From: Paraspadella gotoi
Taxonomy: Eukaryota; Animalia; Chaetognatha
DNA: 25,269 nt
Direction of reading: 5' to 3'
Assembly: GCA_051294375.1 (NCBI GenBank)
Contig: JBJCIZ010000703.1
Coordinates: 1-25,269 of the forward strand
Shown here one piece after another: positions 22,697 through 25,269 of the stretch. The stretch's first letter is position 1. Each line of letters begins with the position of its first letter. The translations under genes were made by a program, and so were the position numbers. The notes below the pieces were generated by a model that saw only the letters and a list, made by a program, of their open reading frames with translations, was not told where the DNA came from and made no database searches.

Positions 22697-23122
22697 GTGA
22701 AATAGCCGGCAGAGAGAATAAAGGGCGAGTGCCACCACTAGATTTAGACCAACACCCCTCTACCAAACCCACACCCCCTTCACCCCCAATACATGGGCCC
22801 ACTGCCAAAAACCACCCCCCCTCCTTTCCCCTTTTTCTACCGTGAGGGCCATAGAACAGAAGCAAACAAAAAAAAGCATCTACATTACATTATCCTTTTA
22901 TTTTGCTGTTCTGACCCCATCTCCACAAATTCTGCATATAGAAAGTCTTGTACAAACAACCACCCATTTTCCAAAGATATTATTATACATACTGTGAAGA
23001 AACTTTGCATATCTTGCATAGTTCTGCATATTCTACACACTTCACATCTTCTTTTTCTTTTCATGCCACAAGTTATATATATTGGTTGTACCAATTTCAT
23101 ACATATTCACTGCATTAACAAG

Positions 23123-23467
23123 ATGCACAGGGATAACACAAATCACACTCCATTATCGCCCGTAGCTGCTCCATCAGGACTTGCTTGCCCTGATCAGCGC
23201 ACAGCGATCTTGCACGCTGAGCAAATGAACAGGTTAATAACAAAATATTCACCAGAATCACAATTCGTTATACTGGGACATAGTTTCCGGACCATTTGGC
23301 AGGGCGACCGGGTCTACACCTTGCTATCGAAATATGGCTATGTCTCACCTAACGAAATCGACTCTAAGGCAGAAAGGGACCTGGTGGCTGTCGTAGCCAA
23401 CAACGATGCCATATTGCGTCTCTGCCACAAGACCAGGATCACACCAATACACCTAGAAAGAAAATGA
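23123..23467 (+). CDS. Orphan accessory ORF (114 aa; may continue by frameshift to ~23714)
   Basis: C-terminal half of the 224-aa track ORF, from the ATG at 23123. Composition is mixed and globular-looking (...QFVILGHSFRTIWQGDRVYTLLSKYGYV...). An overlapping frame continues NDTITHPTECQMAIAQRL... up to the poly(A). Confidence 0.45.
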   Translation: MHRDNTNHTPLSPVAAPSGLACPDQRTAILHAEQMNRLITKYSPESQFVILGHSFRTIWQGDRVYTLLSKYGYVSPNEIDSKAERDLVAVVANNDAILRLCHKTRITPIHLERK

Positions 23468-23714
23468 TACTATTACCCACCCCACAGAATGCCAAATGGC
23501 TATAGCCCAAAGATTGACTGCACGGCGACACCTGTACGGGCATGATTCCATCAGGCTCGCAACCGAGCAAATTGAAATTGGGAGCCCCATGACACAAACC
23601 ATAAGATCACTAACTTATGGCCAAAACCCACCATTACCTATCACACAGCATACACTCTGCATGCACAGTGTGGTCATTTTCCTAGCACCGCTTTATTCGA
23701 TCTGCCGCCTTCTC

Positions 23715-23742
23715 AAAAAAAAAAAAAAAAAAAAAAAAAAAA
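23715..23742 (+). repeat. Poly(A) tract, 28 nt
   Basis: Directly visible. Confidence 0.95.
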
Positions 23743-23887
23743 CATAACACAGGCGCGTTTAGTCTAACCCCAGACAATTTTTTTTCCCTTCTCTCTTTAC
23801 CGAATCGCCTCATATTTCCTTTTTGCATACTATGTCACCCAATACCCCTTTACTATGCCCGTATATATATGCCCAAATGAAGCAAAA

Positions 23888-24225
23888 TACTTTACATTAC
23901 TTTTAATCACATTTAATTACATTCTAATCACTTTAATTACATTCAAGTATTTTTTTTAATCACATTTAATTACATTTGATTACTACGCTTTACTTTTGAT
24001 CACGTTTTACTTTTGATCATGTTTTACTTTTGATCAAGTTTAATTACTTGCGATTACATTTCGCTACATTCTAATCACTTTGAGTACATGCAATTATTTT
24101 TAATTACATTCAATTACATCTAATCACTTTCAATTACACCCGTTTATTTTAGCTACGATTAATTACGTTTGATTACCTTTGAGTACATCTAATTACATCT
24201 GATCACATTTAATTACATTTACATT
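23888..24225 (+). repeat. Degenerate ~10-bp repeat (TAATTACATT/TAATCACATT) in the 3' UTR
   Basis: About 30 ATTAC/ATCAC cores at ~10-bp spacing. Confidence 0.85.
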
Positions 24226-24564
24226 TGAAATTTTGTTCTCTCAAGTTCTTCTTCTTATTGCCACATTTGGAAAATGCTTACCCCCCGACTGAAATGAAAA
24301 TTATTTTCGTTTTATATCTTTCAGTTATTATTATATGTCTCTCCGTTCCGTTATATTCCCTTGTAACCCCTACCCCTCCCCTTTTTTTCTTTGTTTTTCC
24401 TTTTTGTGTTTCGCTAAACAATGACATGTACCCCCTCCCAACTCCCCTTCTCCTTTCTCCGCCCTGCTCACCATGCACGCACCACACACGTTAGACTCAC
24501 CCGACACACGCACCACCACGATGCCGTGACGCGTCATTCAGGGCCCGTCACGCCATCTCGGGCC

Positions 24565-24573
24565 AAGAGGGGG
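24565..24573 (+). promoter_or_regulatory. Polypurine tract
   Basis: AAGAGGGGG two bases upstream of the 3' LTR start. Confidence 0.65.
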
Positions 24574-24575
24574 CG

Positions 24576-24856
24576 CAACGACCAAACCAGCCCGAGCGCG
24601 AGTCTCGTGTTTCGCCAGCCACGCGACTCTTCCTCCTCTTCCTCCTCCAGGCACCCAGGGGTCGAGGCTCACCCAGTTTCACTTCTCCTTCTCCTCGACT
24701 TCTCTCCTCTCTCTCTCTCTCTACTCCTCCTCTCTTTCTTACACCGTTTTTTGTACCTTTTTTGCCTCTTTTTTTAGTACATATACTCTCCCACATTTTT
24801 GGTCTTTTTCTTACGAGTTTTTCAGTCAGCCCGAGATACCACCCATCCAGATAGAG
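24576..24856 (+). repeat. 3' LTR (~281 bp)
   Basis: CAACGACCAAACCAGCC...CCATCCAGATAGAG, a direct repeat of 12203-12478. Confidence 0.92.
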
Positions 24857-25269
24857 TTTCATAATCTTTTTACAGAGAAAAAGTCGTTTTCTGGTGTATT
24901 TAACGTTTTTATCTTTTGAGAGTGAGAGAAAGCTACATAAAATTAAAGAGAAAAGAGAGAGAGAAGGAGACATAAAAATAAAAGAGAGGAAATTGTTTTG
25001 TTTTGAAAAAAAGATATTTAATAACTGTCCTCACCCAATTTTAACAACCTCGATGATGTTATTTGCAGAAGTATTTAACGTTTTTATTTCTTTTTTCTTT
25101 GAAAATATCGTTTTTAGAAATTTTTTATCTCTTTTTACATTGAAAAAGCGTTTTACTTTGTTTTTAAAGTTGTTATCTCTTTGGAAATATCGTCTGCCGG
25201 TTTATTTAACATTTTTATTACTTTTTACTTTAGAAAAGTTTCGTTAGGTGTTTTTTTCAACTCCTTTTT
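24857..25269 (+). repeat. Satellite resumes (partial unit), beginning with the right TSD copy TTTC
   Basis: TTTCATAATCTTTTTACAGAGAAAAAGTCG continues the unit interrupted at 12202; the landmark appears at 25021. Confidence 0.95.

Larger units (their letters stand above)
12203..24856 (+). mobile_element. LTR retrotransposon, Ty3/gypsy-type domain order, internally deleted and non-autonomous, 12.65 kb
   Basis: Two ~280 bp direct terminal repeats, a PBS right after the first and a purine tract right before the second. Gag-like ORF with zinc knuckles, then an LDTGA protease motif, then an integrase C-terminal remnant. The flanking satellite resumes in register. Confidence 0.93.

Noticed and set aside
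22793-23122. N-terminal half of the 224-aa track ORF, or an env gene
   Set aside because: H/I/C-biased, low-complexity translation that looks like UTR; no envelope hallmarks.
12203-24856. DIRS/Ngaro tyrosine-recombinase element (suggested by the odd termini)
   Set aside because: A tRNA PBS, PPT, aspartic protease, integrase C-terminal module and TSD all indicate an integrase-type LTR element; no split or inverted terminal repeats seen.

Overview
Eukaryotic (probably invertebrate, inferred) repeat-rich DNA with no prokaryotic-type genes. Bases 1-12202 and 24857-25269 are an AT-rich ~520-550 bp tandem satellite. Each unit is about seven diverged ~42-50 bp sub-monomers plus a ~170 bp block, and the array flips orientation at ~5275. 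A 12.65 kb LTR retroelement (12203-24856, + strand) is inserted into the satellite, which resumes in register after it. The element has ~280 bp LTRs with non-TG...CA ends, a probable 4-bp TSD, a tRNA-Lys-type PBS and a PPT. Its 5.6 kb leader is built from many different tandem repeats and hides a cryptic small ORF. The intact 827-aa Gag-like ORF has an RS-rich N-terminus, coiled coil, polyQ, PPxY, two CX2CX5HX4C knuckles and an OTU-like domain. The pol region is reduced to protease and integrase C-terminal remnants, with no RT/RNase H recognised. A 3.2 kb 3' region holds an orphan ORF between two poly(A) tracts. Best reading: a young, non-autonomous Ty3/gypsy-type element of an unusual, complex lineage. 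The satellite carries many 1-bp indels typical of unpolished long-read data, so single-base boundaries are uncertain.
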